NCBI GenBank assembly: GCA_020137815.1
Contig: CM035352.1
Location: 7,812,001-7,876,000, forward strand
DNA: 64,000 nt
Source: Hormiphora californensis
Taxonomy: Eukaryota; Animalia; Ctenophora
Direction: 5' to 3'
Position 1 is the first letter of the stretch. Each line of letters opens with the position of its first letter. This document shows positions 42,001 to 54,011 of the stretch, one piece after another. The translations under genes and the position numbers were made by a program. The notes under the pieces are model-generated. The model ran no database searches and was not told the DNA's origin. It saw only the letters and a list, made by a program, of their open reading frames with translations.

Positions 42001-45000
42001 TTCTTACACTGTCATCCCCCCATGTGTTCCCTATTTCTTACACTGTCATCCCCCCATGTGTTCCCCCTTTCTTACACTGTCATCCCCCCATGTGTTCCCC
42101 CTTTCTTACACTGTCATCCCCCCATGTGTTCCCCCTTTCTTACACTGTCATCCCCCCCATGTGTTCCCCCTTTCTTACACTGTCATCCCCCCATGTGTTC
42201 CCCCTTTCTTACACTGTCATCCCCCATGTGTTCCCCCTTTCTTACACTGTCATCCCCCCATGTGTTCCCCCTTTCTTACACTGTCATCCCCCCATGTGTT
42301 CCCCCTTTCTTACACTGTCATCCCCCCATGTGTTCCCCCTTTCTTACACTGTCATCCCCCCATGTGTACCCCCTTTCTTACACTGTCATCCCCCCATGTG
42401 TTCCCCCTTTCTTACACTGTCATCCCCCCATGTGTTCCCTATTTCTTACAATGTCATCCCCCCATGTGTTCCCCCTTTCTTACACTGTCATCCCCCCATG
42501 TGTTCCCCATTTCTTACACTGTCATCCCCCCATGTGTTCCCCCTTTCTTACACTGTCATCCCCCCATGTGTTCCCTATTTCTTACACTGTCACCCCCCCA
42601 TGTGTTCCCCCCCTTTCTTACACTGTCATCCCCCCATGTGTTCCCTATTTCTTACACTGTCATCCCCCCATGTGTTCCCCCTTTCTTACACTGTCATCCC
42701 CCATGTGTTCCCCATTTCTTACACTGTCATCCCCCCATGTGTTCCCTATTTCTTACACTGTCATCCCCCCATGTGTTCCCCCTTTCTTACACTGTCATCC
42801 CCCCATGTGTTCCCCCTTTCTTACACTGTCATCCCCCCATGTGTTCCCCCTTTCTTACACTGTCATCCCCCCATGTGTTCCCCAATTTCTTACACTGTCA
42901 TCCCCCCATGTGTTCCCCCTTTCTTACACTGTCATCCCCCCATGTGTTCCCTATTTCTTACACTGTCATCCCTCCCATGTGTTCCCCCTTTCTTACACTG
43001 TCATCCCCCCATGTGTTCCCCATTTCTTACACTGTCATCCCCCCATGTGTTCCCCCTTTCTTACACTGTCATCCCCCATGTGTTCCCCATTTCTTACACT
43101 GTCATCCCCCCATGTGTTCCCCCTTTCTTACACTGTCATCCCCCCATGTGTTCCCCCTTTCTTACACTGTCATCCCCCCATGTGTTCCCCATATCTTACA
43201 CTGTCATCCCCCCATGTGTTCCCCATTTCTTACAATGTCATCCCCCCATGTGTTCCCCCTTTCTTACACTGTCATCCCCCCATGTGTTCCCCATTTCTTA
43301 CACTGTCATCCCCCCATGTGTTCCCCCTTTCTTACACTGTCATCCCCCCATGTGTTCCCTGGCACTGATGTTATCAAAGGTTGTCCCCCCACCAAGTCTT
43401 GTACGCTATTCCACCCCAAGATTTGCAAGTACAACCGGAGAGGAGAGGCCTGCCCAGATTTTGTTGCTGACAAGCGGAGCTGCACCCATTCTCATGTTAC
43501 CTCCGTGCAGCAAAAACCTCCCGTTAAAACTGCAGAAAGTCGCGTGGTCCAGCACAGCGTACCCCAAACAGATCCCCTTTTTCGGAACCGCAGCTTAGAA
43601 GAGTCCATCAGGGATATCCCTCACCTTATGAGGGGATCACGCAACTGCCACCAATCTGCTCCCATCAACTCCAGGGTGCCCCCTCCCCAGCAAACCAATC
43701 CCATAATTGCACCTCCCCATCGGGACGACTCCATGGCGCCCCCTCCCCAGCAATTCAACCCCATGGCGCCCCCTACCCAGCAGTTCAAACCCACCAAGCC
43801 CCCTCCCCAGCAGTACAACCCCACAGCTGCATCTCCCCATTGGGACGACTCCATGGCGCCCCCTACCCAACAATTAAACCCCATGGCGCCCCCTCCTCAA
43901 CAACTCAACCCCATGGCGCCCCCTACCCAGCAGTTCAAGTCCACCATGCCCCCTCCTCAACAGTTCAACAACATAGCGCCCCCTCCTCAGCAGTTCAACA
44001 CCATGGCACCCCCTACGCAGCAGTTCATCCCCACGGTACCTCCTCCTCAACAGTTCATCCCCACGGTACCCCCTCCTCAACTGACCTATCACACGGTGCC
44101 CCTTCAGCAGACCTGCCCAACGGCACCACAGCGGTACAATACCACATTTCCCCCTCCTCAACTGAACTGCCCCCTTGCACCACCTCCTCCAGAGTATACC
44201 ACGGTGCCCTACCCCCCACAGTTCCATACCACAGTGCCCCCGACCCATCAATACAGCCCTATGATACCTCCTCCCCAGCAGTACTGCAACCCACAACAGT
44301 ACGACGCCATGGTACCTCCTTCTCAACTGTACAGCACCATGGTACCCTCCCAACCTGCTTGTTACCCACTTCCGACTTCGGTCCAGCCAGGGGAAATAAC
44401 AACATATCATCAGGTCATAGCAATTCCGAGGACGTCTCCCTTCTTCCAAACACCATCAATGTTCGGTCTACAACCCCCAACCAACCCTATTCATCCTTAC
44501 TATTGTTAAATGCTGGGACTGGAGGCTTGAACACGGCTGCAGGAAGCAAAAATGAATGGAAGATGGAAGCGCTTCGTATGATGGTAGAGGACGAGGCGGC
44601 ATCCAATCACTCCATTCCCTTCATTCTTGTCTCCGAATCATGGTTCAAGTCCTACAACAGAGGGTCCTCTGTCGCTATTCCGGGATACTCTCTTTACAGG
44701 GCAGACCGTGACAGAAGGATCGGTGGCGGCGTTGCCCTCTTTGCCCATGAAAACCTCCCGGCTACATCCACCTTACAGTTTGACAATTCTGTTTGTCAGG
44801 GAGTAATTTGCTATTTCCAAACTATCAAATGGTGTGTGGCTGTCTTCTACAGGCCTCCTAGTGCTACTCTGCAGGAGTTTACCGAACTAATAGATTTTGC
44901 TCGGAGCTCCTTAGCTGACCTGCCAGATGATTCAACCATCGTTTTTGGAGGTGACCTTAATTTCCCTGAAATCGACTGGGATTCTCTCTCACTGAATTTC

Positions 45001-48000
45001 AACAATCGTGGAAACTCAGGCGCTGCTAGTATTCTGTTTGAGCTCATGTCAGAGTTCTTCCTGACCCAGGTGATTGATACGGCGACTAGAGGTAACAACA
45101 TTCTGGACATACTCTTGACTAATCGCCCCACGCTAGCGACTAGAATATCAGCTACCGACACTCGCATGTCTGATCACCGGTTGGTTGATGTTGCTCTCTC
45201 AGTGTCTCCGTCACTATCAGACAGGGAACACCAGTATCCTCCCATCATTGGATTCCGAGCTCTAGATTTTAATCGTGGTGACTTAGACAAACTCAAGAAA
45301 CCAATCTCTGACTTTGACTGGGCTGGACTTCAATCGTCCACGTCACCTGAATCCTTCCCCGAACACTTCACCAGAGCGCTCCTTCAGATCTGCCAAGATC
45401 ACCTCCCCCTCAGACGCCCTACATCTGGAAGACCTAAAGTGTGCAATGGTATTCGCCGGAGAAAAGGACGCGTCAAAGCAAAGATAGCTGCTCTCATGTC
45501 CCTCCCTACTTCTAACCAAGCTGCTCTCAGTTCAGCCCAGAGAAAACTCGTTGCCCTAGAGGAAGAAATGGCCCAGGCAATCGTGAACAGAATTGAGTCT
45601 CGTGAACAGAAGGTGATCGGAAACTTAAAACTAAATCCCAAAGTTTTCTTTAATTACGCTAAATCACTTAACCGGCTCGATTCATCCATCAAGCTACTCT
45701 TTGACCCTGATGGCTCTGCAGTCACTGACCCTGTAGGCTATGGCAGACCTCCTCCAGTCTAAATTCTCTTCCTCCTTCAGTGATCCTAATGCTGAAGGCC
45801 TTCAGTGGACTGCCCCGGAAACAGTACCTCAGTTCCCTTTCCCTGACATGTTACAGACTGACATTCATGCCGATATCATAACTGTCCTGAAAGACCTGAA
45901 ACCCTAGTTCCGGATCTGGCCCTGATGGTATACCTGCTCTACTACTTAAACACTGCTGTGTATGAACTCGCTACTCCCCTATCAATAATTTGGAAAACGT
46001 CACTTGAAATTAAGAATAGTCCCTAGTGTTCTACAAACGGGCCACGATATTACCTCTCCACAAGAAGGGTCCCACATCTGACCCTGGTAACTATCGGCCT
46101 ATTTCCCTGACGTCACATGTTGTCAAATGCTTTGAAAGGGTCGTCAGAAAGCATTTTGTGGACTATGTCGAGAATAACAACCTACTTTCCCCTAACCAGC
46201 ACGGTTTCCGTAGTGGGAAAAGTTGTCTGACACAACTTCTAGACCATCTAGGTGATGTTACAGATGGTCTTATAGAAGGTGTAGCTACAGACACCATCTA
46301 CCTGGACTATCAAAAAGCTTTTGATTCCATAGACCATAACCTTCTGCTGAAGAAACTTCATGCTTATGGATTCCCACCATTAATTGTTGACTGGATATCA
46401 TCTTTCCTTTCCGGTAGAACACAAACTGTTACTGTCCAAGGAGCTAGTTCCAGACCTATTACTATCATCAGCGGTGTTCCCCAAGGGACCGTTCTGGCTC
46501 CTATTCTTTTCATCCTTTTTGTGAACGACCTGGATTTGGCGATATCTCATTCAAAGGTTGGTCGCTTTGCTGACGATACCCGACTTAGCAAGAGGATCAG
46601 TTGCCAGCAGGATGTCCTGGATCTTCAGGAGGACCTCGATGCTACTTTAACATGGTCCTCATTCAACAACATGAAACTACACCCGAATAAATTCGATCTA
46701 CTCATCTCAGAGCCCTTCAATGAAAATCGGTCACTCCTTCGTCATCTCCCTTTCATCGACAATTTTAGGAAGTACGTCCTCCCTGATGATGGCCTGTTAG
46801 AGGAGAAGGAATTTGTCAAGGACCTGGGTTTCACTGTTCAATCCGGCCTTTCTGGTTCTCAGCATATATCCAATCTGGCTAGCCAGGGCAAGAAGATGGC
46901 AAGCTGGGCTCTTAGTGTTTTCCGGGCCAGGGATAAGACAACTATGCTTACCCTTTACAAAGCCCTCGTCAGAAGCCACTTAGAATATGTGTGTCCTCTC
47001 TGGGATCCTTACACCCTTGCAGACATTAGGACTCTTGAAAGTGTTCAGCGCTCCTTCGTTGCCAAAATTGAATCAGCTGGCACCGACTACTGGGATCGGC
47101 TTTCGAACCTTGGTATAATGTCTCTACAGAGACGCCGAGAGCGATACTCAATTATCCATTGCTGGAAGATTCTTCACGGCCTAGCTCCTGGCTCCATAAA
47201 GTTCAATCCTACCTCTCCAAGAGGCATCCGTGCGGTGTATCCCCCTCCTCCTGATCGTAACACTTCTACTAAACGCTCTCGTACGCTTTACGAAAACAGC
47301 TTCTCGGTGAAGGCCCCTAAGCTATGGAACACTCTACCTGCACGTGTTACATTAGCGTATCCTCTAACATCGTTCAAGACTGCACTCCAAAGACACCTCG
47401 ATACAATTCCTGATCGTCCACCTATCGATGGTTATACTGCAGTAAACAATAATTCCTTACTTGATTGGTGGCGTATGGGTGGTTCTATGCAAAGGATGGC
47501 CTAGTGGATCTAGAGGATCTACTAAAACTCTCAAAGTAACCAAAGTAAGTAACCTTTCTTACACTGTCATCCCCCCATGTGTTCCCCATTTCTTACACTG
47601 TCATCCCCCCATGTGTTCCCCCTTTCTTACACTGTCATCCCCCCATGTGTTCCCCCTTTCTTACACTGTCATCCCCCCATGTGTTCCCTATTTCTTACAC
47701 TGTCATCCCCCATGTGTTCCCCCTTTCTTACACTGTCATCCCCCCATGTGTTCCCCATTTCTTACACTGTCATCCCCCCATGTGTTCCCCATTTCTTACA
47801 CTGTCATCCCCCCATGTGTTCCCTATTTCTTACACTGTCATCCCCCCACGTGTTCCCCCATTTCTTACACTGTCATCCCCCATGTGTTCCCCCTTTCTTA
47901 CACTGTCATCCCCCCATGTGTTCCCCCTTTCTTACACTGTCATCCCCCCATGTGTTCCCCCTTTCTTACACTGTCATCCCCCATGTGTTCCCCATTTCTT

Positions 48001-51000
48001 ACACTGTCATCCCCCCATGTGTTCCCCCTTTCTTACACTGTCATCCCCCCATGTGTTCCCCTTTCTTACACTGTCATCCCCCCATGTGTTCCCCATTTCT
48101 TACACTGTCATCCCCCCATGTGTTCCCCCTTTCTTACACTGTCATCCCCCCATGTGTTCCCCCTTTCTTACACTGTCATCCCCCCATGTGTTCCCCCTTT
48201 CTTACACTGTCATCCCCCCATGTGTTCCCCCTTTCTTACACTGTCATCCCCCCATGTGTTCCCCCTTTCTTACACTGTCATCCCCCCATGTGTTCCCCTA
48301 TTTCTTACACTGTCATCCCCCCATGTGTTCCCCCTTTCTTACACTGTCATCCCCCATGTGTTCCCCCTTTCTTACACTGTCATCCCCCATGTGTTCCCCC
48401 TTTCTTACACTGTCATCCCCCCATGTGTTCCCCCTTTCTTACACTGTCATCCCCCCATGTGTTCCCCCTTCTTACACTGTCATCCCCCCATGTGTTCCCC
48501 ATTTCTTACACTGTCATCCCCCCATGTGATTCCCCCTTTCTTACACTGTCATCCCCCCATGTGTTCCCCCTTTCTTACACTGTCATCCCCCCATGTGTTC
48601 CCCATTTCTTACACTGTCATCCCCCCACGTGTTCCCCCCTTTCTTACACTGTCATCCCCCCATGTGTTCCCCCTTTCTTACACTGTCATCCCCCCATGTG
48701 TTCCCCCATTTCTTACACTGTCATCCACACCCCACCCCTGTGTCCCCTTCCAGCCCCCCATGTGCCCCCATCCTAGCCCCTATGTCCCCAACCCTGTGCC
48801 CCCATCCTAGCCCCCATGTGCCCCCATCCTAACCCCTGTGTCCCCTTCTAGCCCCCCATGTGTTCCCCCTCCTGTGTCCCCTTCTAGCCCCCCCCCATGT
48901 GTTCCCCCTCCTGTGTCCCCTTCCAGCCCCCCATGTGTTCCCCATTTCTTACACTGTCATCCCCCCATGTGTTCCCCCTTTCTTACACTGTCATCCCCCC
49001 ATGTGTTCCCCATTTCTTACACTGTCATCCCCCCATGTGTTCCCCCTTTCTTACACTGTCATCCCCCCATGTGTTCCCCCTTTCTTACACTGTCATCCCC
49101 CCATGTGTTCCCCCTTTCTTACACTGTCATCCCCCCATGTGTTCCCCCTTTCTTACACTGTCATCCCCCCATGTGTTCCCTATTTCTTACACTGTCATCC
49201 CCCCATGTGTTCCCCCTTTCTTACACTGTCATCCCCCCATGTGTTCCCCCTTTCTTACACTGTCATCCCCCCATGTGTTCCCTATTTCTTACACTGTCAT
49301 CCCCCCATGTGTTCCCCCTTTCTTACACTGTCATCCCCCCATGTGTTCCCCCTTTCTTACACTGTCATCCCCCCATGTGTTCCCCCTTTCTTACACTGTC
49401 ATCCCCCCATGTGTTCCCCCTTTCTTACACTGTCATCCCCCCATGTGTTCCCCATTTCTTACACTGTCATCCCCCCATGTGTTCCCCCTTTCTTACACTG
49501 TCATCCCCCCATGTGTTCCCTATTTCTTACACTGTCATCCCCCCATGTGTTCCCCCTTTCTTACACTGTCATCCCCCATGTGTTCCCTATTTCTTACACT
49601 GTCATCCCCCCATGTGTTCCCTATTTCTTACACTGTCATCCCCCCATGTGTTCCCCCTTTCTTACACTGTCATCCCCCATGTGTTCCCCCTTTCTTACAC
49701 TGTCATCCCCCCATGTGTTCCCCCTTTCTTACACTGTCACCCCCCATGTGTTTCCCCCTTTCTTACACTGTCATCCCCCCATGTGTTCCCCCTTTCTTAC
49801 ACTGTCATCCCCCCATGTGTTCCCCCTTTCTTACACTGTCATCCCCCCATGTGTTCCCCCTTTCTTACACTGTCATCCCCCCATGTGTTCCCCCTTTCTT
49901 ACACTGTCATCCCCCCATGTGTTCCCCCTTTCTTACACTGTCATCCCCCCATGTGTTCCCCCTTTCTTACACTGTCATCCCCCCATGTGTTCCCCCTTTC
50001 TTACACTGTCATCCCCCCATGTGTTCCCCCTTTCTTACACTGTCATCCCCCCATGTGTTCCCCCTTTCTTACACTGTCATCCCCCCATGTGTTCCCCCTT
50101 TCTTACACTGTCATCCCCCCATGTGTTCCCCCTTTCTTACACTGTCATCCCCCATGTGTTCCCTATTTCTTACACTGTCATCCCCCCATGTGTTCCCCTA
50201 TTTCTTACACTGTCATCCCCCCATGTGTTCCCCCTTTCTTACACTGTCATCCCCACAGGCACCACACCGGACTGGATCCACAAAGGGTCCATTGTCCCGG
50301 ATACAGGGGCACTGTCCGGTGACCTTATCACACACGTTACTCTCAGAGTTGTCCGGATCACAATTACAAGTTAGACACCCCTCATCAACATTATAGAATC
50401 CATCCTGGAGTGGGGATGTGCAATGTTAGGGAATTATGGAGAAGGGAGGTGCAACATTTCAGACAACTTGGGACTTTGATTCTCCCCGAAATAGAGGATA
50501 TATCGGGGGCGGATACCATACCTTACAAGATCCACACTTGATACCCTCGTGACGTTCCTTACAGACACATTGACCAGATAGGGCGTCACACTGGGGGCTA
50601 CTGGACCCAATACGGAAACAACCACAATCTGAAACACACAGGGGCTACTCAATATGACACATTAGGAAATGGGTATGGGTTGGCTGATTTAGGATCAGTT
50701 CACCCAACAAGTAGCACACCAGCTCCCCCTCCACACAGTCAACCTCCCTCCCCTCCCCTATTCCCCATATTACCTCCCCCTCATCCCTTCTTACCTGTAC
50801 ACTCTCCATTAGCCAGGTATGTTGAGGGGGGACAAGTTGCACACCTCCTCCCTCCACACCTCCTCCTTCCCTCCCCTCCCCTATTCCCCATATTACCTCC
50901 CCCTCCTCCCTCCTTACCTGTACACTCTCCATTAGCCAGGTATGTTGAGGGGGGACAGGTCGCACACCTCCCCCTCCACACCTCCTCCTTCCCTCCCCTC

Positions 51001-53306
51001 CCCTATTCCCCATATTACCTCCCCCTCATCCCTTCTTACCTGTACACTCTCCATTAGCCAGGTATGTTGAGGGGGGACAGGTCGCACACCTCCCCCTCCA
51101 CACCTCCTCCTTCCCTCCCCTCCCCTATTCCCCATATTACCTCCCCCTCATCCCTTCTTACCTGTGCACTCTCCATTAGCCAGGTATGTTGAGGGGGGAC
51201 AGGTCGCACACCTCCCCCTCCACACCTCCTCCTTCCCTCCCCTCCCCTATTCCCCATATTACCTCCCCCTCATCCCTCCTTACCTGTACACTCTCCATTA
51301 GCCAGGTATGTTGAGTGGGGACAGGTAGCACACCTCCTCTCATCCACATACACCTCCCCCTCCACACAATCGCACTGACCACTATTGTCACATGCTGCTG
51401 ACTCGTCATATGTATTTTTAGTGACACACCCACACGGTACACACCGCCCTCCTGATAGATACTGGTCATCTGGACACTTCTCACAACTGAAATTGAGGGG
51501 GGGGGGGAGGTATAGAGATTACTAAATTAGGATCAGTGGAATATGCGAGTGGCAAGGTAATTGTCTGTTCTGCTAGTGTTTCTGTAGTGACTAATTATGT
51601 AGGCTGTAGGGACATATCAATGGGGACTATCACAAAGGGAGGTTATCAAGACTCACGTTCGTTCGTTAAGGTATTCCAGGCCTGGCTGGCAGTTACACTG
51701 TCCTGTTTCCTTATCACATACATCAGATAACGAATAGGTGGGATTACAGGCGCACTTTCTACACCCAGCACTCACATCATAATATCCATCCTGATGGATA
51801 TAGAGTTGTTACGACTTACGAAGTCACCCCTATTATTGCTAGCGCAGAGGGGGAATTTCATTACCAAAGATAAAGAAGGGCTTGTTACTCAACCCACTAC
51901 TCAACGAAGGACCGGTTTAGTTGCAGCAATTTACGACTAACTGTATAAACGCTGGTAGCTGTAGGACGGATCACGACAATTGGGACATTAGTGGTGGGTA
52001 TAGTAACCCGTTTTATCTATTTATCGTTTACCTGGCATTGGTCACATTGAGGTCCAGTAAATTTGCTCCTACAGTCACACTCTTGGGTGACTGGGTCACA
52101 TTGCTGACTCTTTGAACCCTCCAAACTACACGCACAATCTGCAGAAGGAGGTGTGTCAGGAGGTCTGTATACTATACAGACCTGTATAGTTTGGGAGGGT
52201 GCAGCTGTGTTATGAGTTCTTTGGGAGGGCGGTAATGATAATTTTGAAACTTTCTAGAGGGGATCCAAGATCTATAAGTCTAGTCCCAAATCATTAAAAA
52301 CTACAGTATAATAGAAGTTGTATTACAACGAAAAATAAAAGTTACCGTAGACGCTGATTACTGCGAATTTCCGGATAATGATCCCCATGTATCTGATATT
52401 AGCGGAGTATTTTAGAGTTCCCGTCACCTCGCCAACAAAGATCTCAGAGATAAGTTCATACTGCTCATCAACCGGCTCCCTGCGGAGGCATTATGAGGGG
52501 GTGTTGAACACACGTGATCTGAGTAACGCATATGATCTGAGTAACGCGTGATCTGAGTAACGCGTGATCTCAGTAACGCATGATCTGAGTAACGCGTGAT
52601 GAGTAACGCGTAGTTAGTGACGCGTGATGGGTAACGCGTGATAAGTAACCGCGAAACATTGCACTTACAAGGTATCAGTTACTGAGTGTCCGTCAATTTT
52701 ACATTTCCTAGCAGTACAGGGTGTCCCCTTGTACCTCCAGTCCACACCCCTGCTGGGTTTTTGTTGCAAACCGTAGAGGAAGGCAGTGAGGGTTACAATG
52801 TCCCCCCTCTGTACAGAGATGGAGGGTACATCGAATGCTGCAGAGGGTAGGAGGATATGTTTTAGTAAATCAGACAATCATAGTCCTATAATTCTCCTGA
52901 TGTAACCTAGGAGGTTCTTGCTCGTGGCAGGCCCTCTTTTCAGGCCAGATAACACATGTACTAATTGGTGATCTAGTGTGTGGGGCATGTACTTGAGTGG
53001 CATTCATCTAGAGTGGCATGCCGCATGATCCACCCTGTACTTACAGATGACCTCAACGTTAGCCACCGTATCCTGTATCACGTCCCCAAAGACCATCCTA
53101 CAGGTGTATTCAGTGTCCTCCCGGGGTTGGATGGTGAGGGAGAGGAAGGTTTGTTCCTCAATAACATTAGACCCACATTCCTCACTCACACACCCATCAG
53201 GTCCTAACCAGTAGACTTTGTCAGGTAGGATGGAGGGGTTGTCAAGGGCACATGTCACTGTTCCTGTCTCCCCTTCTTCAACTACTATGTCATTAGCCTC
53301 AGCCAC
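33074..53306 (-). CDS. Cysteine-rich extracellular protein B: two Ig-like domains, many laminin-EGF-like repeats, C-terminal TSP1-like domain; ~25 exons
   Basis: Ig-like exons ~53306-53044 (VTCALD..VYW..LSLTI...DTEYTC) and ~52836-52345. LE exons such as CECDPIGSASEVCNKRTGQCPC and CECSVVGSVDQTCDSITGVCDCEAGYTGDKCDSC with GT-AG borders. Last exons ~33473-33346 and 33160-33074 end ...ERPCNACA*. Start codon not located; the region 33480-34110 is not resolved. Confidence 0.8.
37435..38648. repeat. 34-bp intronic minisatellite, ~35 copies
   Basis: Unit TTTGACCCACCTTATCTCTAAGAAACCTTCTCAC, homogeneous core and degenerate edges. Confidence 0.97.
38843..39691. mobile_element. Longer (~850 bp) CAGTCGGACCCCGA-family non-autonomous element
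   Basis: TA-flanked TIRs, subterminal CCCCGATTTAGTGG repeats, internal inverted segment ~38950-39200. Confidence 0.85.
41090..43359. repeat. 34-bp satellite, left block (~67 copies)
   Basis: Unit CATGTGTTCCCCCTTTCTTACACTGTCATCCCCC. Confidence 0.98.
43360..44509 (+). CDS. LINE ORF1, C-terminal part (Cys/His zinc-finger-like plus Pro/Gln-rich repeats)
   Basis: C..FHPKIC..G..C..C..H motif followed by MAPPPQQFNP repeats; 5' end missing. Confidence 0.75.
44490..47504 (+). CDS. LINE ORF2: AP endonuclease plus reverse transcriptase, frameshifted at ~45735-46025
   Basis: APE motifs SESW, GYSLYRADR..GGGV, YRPP, GDLNFP, TRGNNILD, SDH; RT motifs NYRPISLTS, QHGFR, YLDYQKAFD, GVPQGTVLAP, FADDT, YKALVRSHLEY. 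Confidence 0.93.
47553..50254. repeat. 34-bp satellite, right blocks (~70 copies), interrupted at ~48725-48930
   Basis: Same unit as 41090-43359; runs directly into the exon end at 50243-50254. Confidence 0.98.
50730..51345. repeat. 122-bp tandem repeat (~5 copies) containing exon end and splice donor
   Basis: Repeated ORF starts 122 nt apart; unit includes ..TYLANGECT(G)|GTAAG on the minus strand. Confidence 0.95.
52511..52650. repeat. ~16-bp degenerate tandem repeat
   Basis: GTGATCTGAGTAACGC variants. Confidence 0.85.
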
Positions 53307-54011
53307 TGAGTGAAATGAGGGTGTTAGTTAGTTTCATGTCTACTTGGAAGGAGTGGTGAATTGTTCCTCTGTTTTAGTGTATTGGTTCAACAGCCACTGA
53401 GGGTGAAATGAGGGTGTTACTAACACTTTTAGCTACCCGGGAGGAGGAGTGTGGTGTGTACTGCGTGAAGTGTCCTTGAAATGAGTCATGTATTTCATCA
53501 CCAAAGTCATGTAGGACTGTTTAGGTCCGTGATTGTTTGATTGTATGTGAGCTACGTTTAGTATTGGTCCGTTCCATACATGAGTAAAACAAGATATGTC
53601 AACCATAACAAAATATTTTAATTAAGGTTTTATGGAAATTAAAAATAAAATCACAAACACAAAATATCTACATTATATTTAACAAATAAACTAACATAAT
53701 GAAACTATAACTACGTATCACTCATCACACAATTTAGACTAGCTATAAACATATTATTTTCCGATATCTCGACTAGCGATTAGCGGTATTTGGCCATCTC
53801 TTACTAAACTCTGCATTTCTCTCACTGCAATCTGTCAACTCCATTCACTACTCTACGTACAGTCAAACCTCGATTTAGTTTACCGGTCCTCGATATACTG
53901 CGTACACCTCGATATACAACTTTGTATTCCCTGAGAGTCCACAAAATCTAGATTTGACTGTTCACGATATCCTACTATCTTATAGCTCTGATGATACAGC
54001 TCTCCCAGTCC

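Larger units (their letters stand above)
43360..47552 (+). mobile_element. 5'-truncated non-LTR retrotransposon (CR1 group)
   Basis: Partial ORF1, ORF2 with APE endonuclease and RT, very short 3' UTR and AAGT-like tail (AAAGTAACCAAAGTAAGTAA); inserted within one satellite unit. Confidence 0.95.

Noticed and set aside
40984-43598. 794-1137-aa Pro/Cys/His-rich ORFs, including an apparent fusion to LINE ORF1
   Set aside because: The 34-bp unit has no plus-strand stop in any frame; the ORFs are by-products and the fusion reflects insertion of a truncated LINE.
37435-50254. CRISPR-like arrays of ~34-bp repeats
   Set aside because: Head-to-tail repeats with no unique spacers, no cas genes, eukaryotic intron context.
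47461-50396. 300-500-aa ORFs in all three plus frames
   Set aside because: Same satellite artefact.
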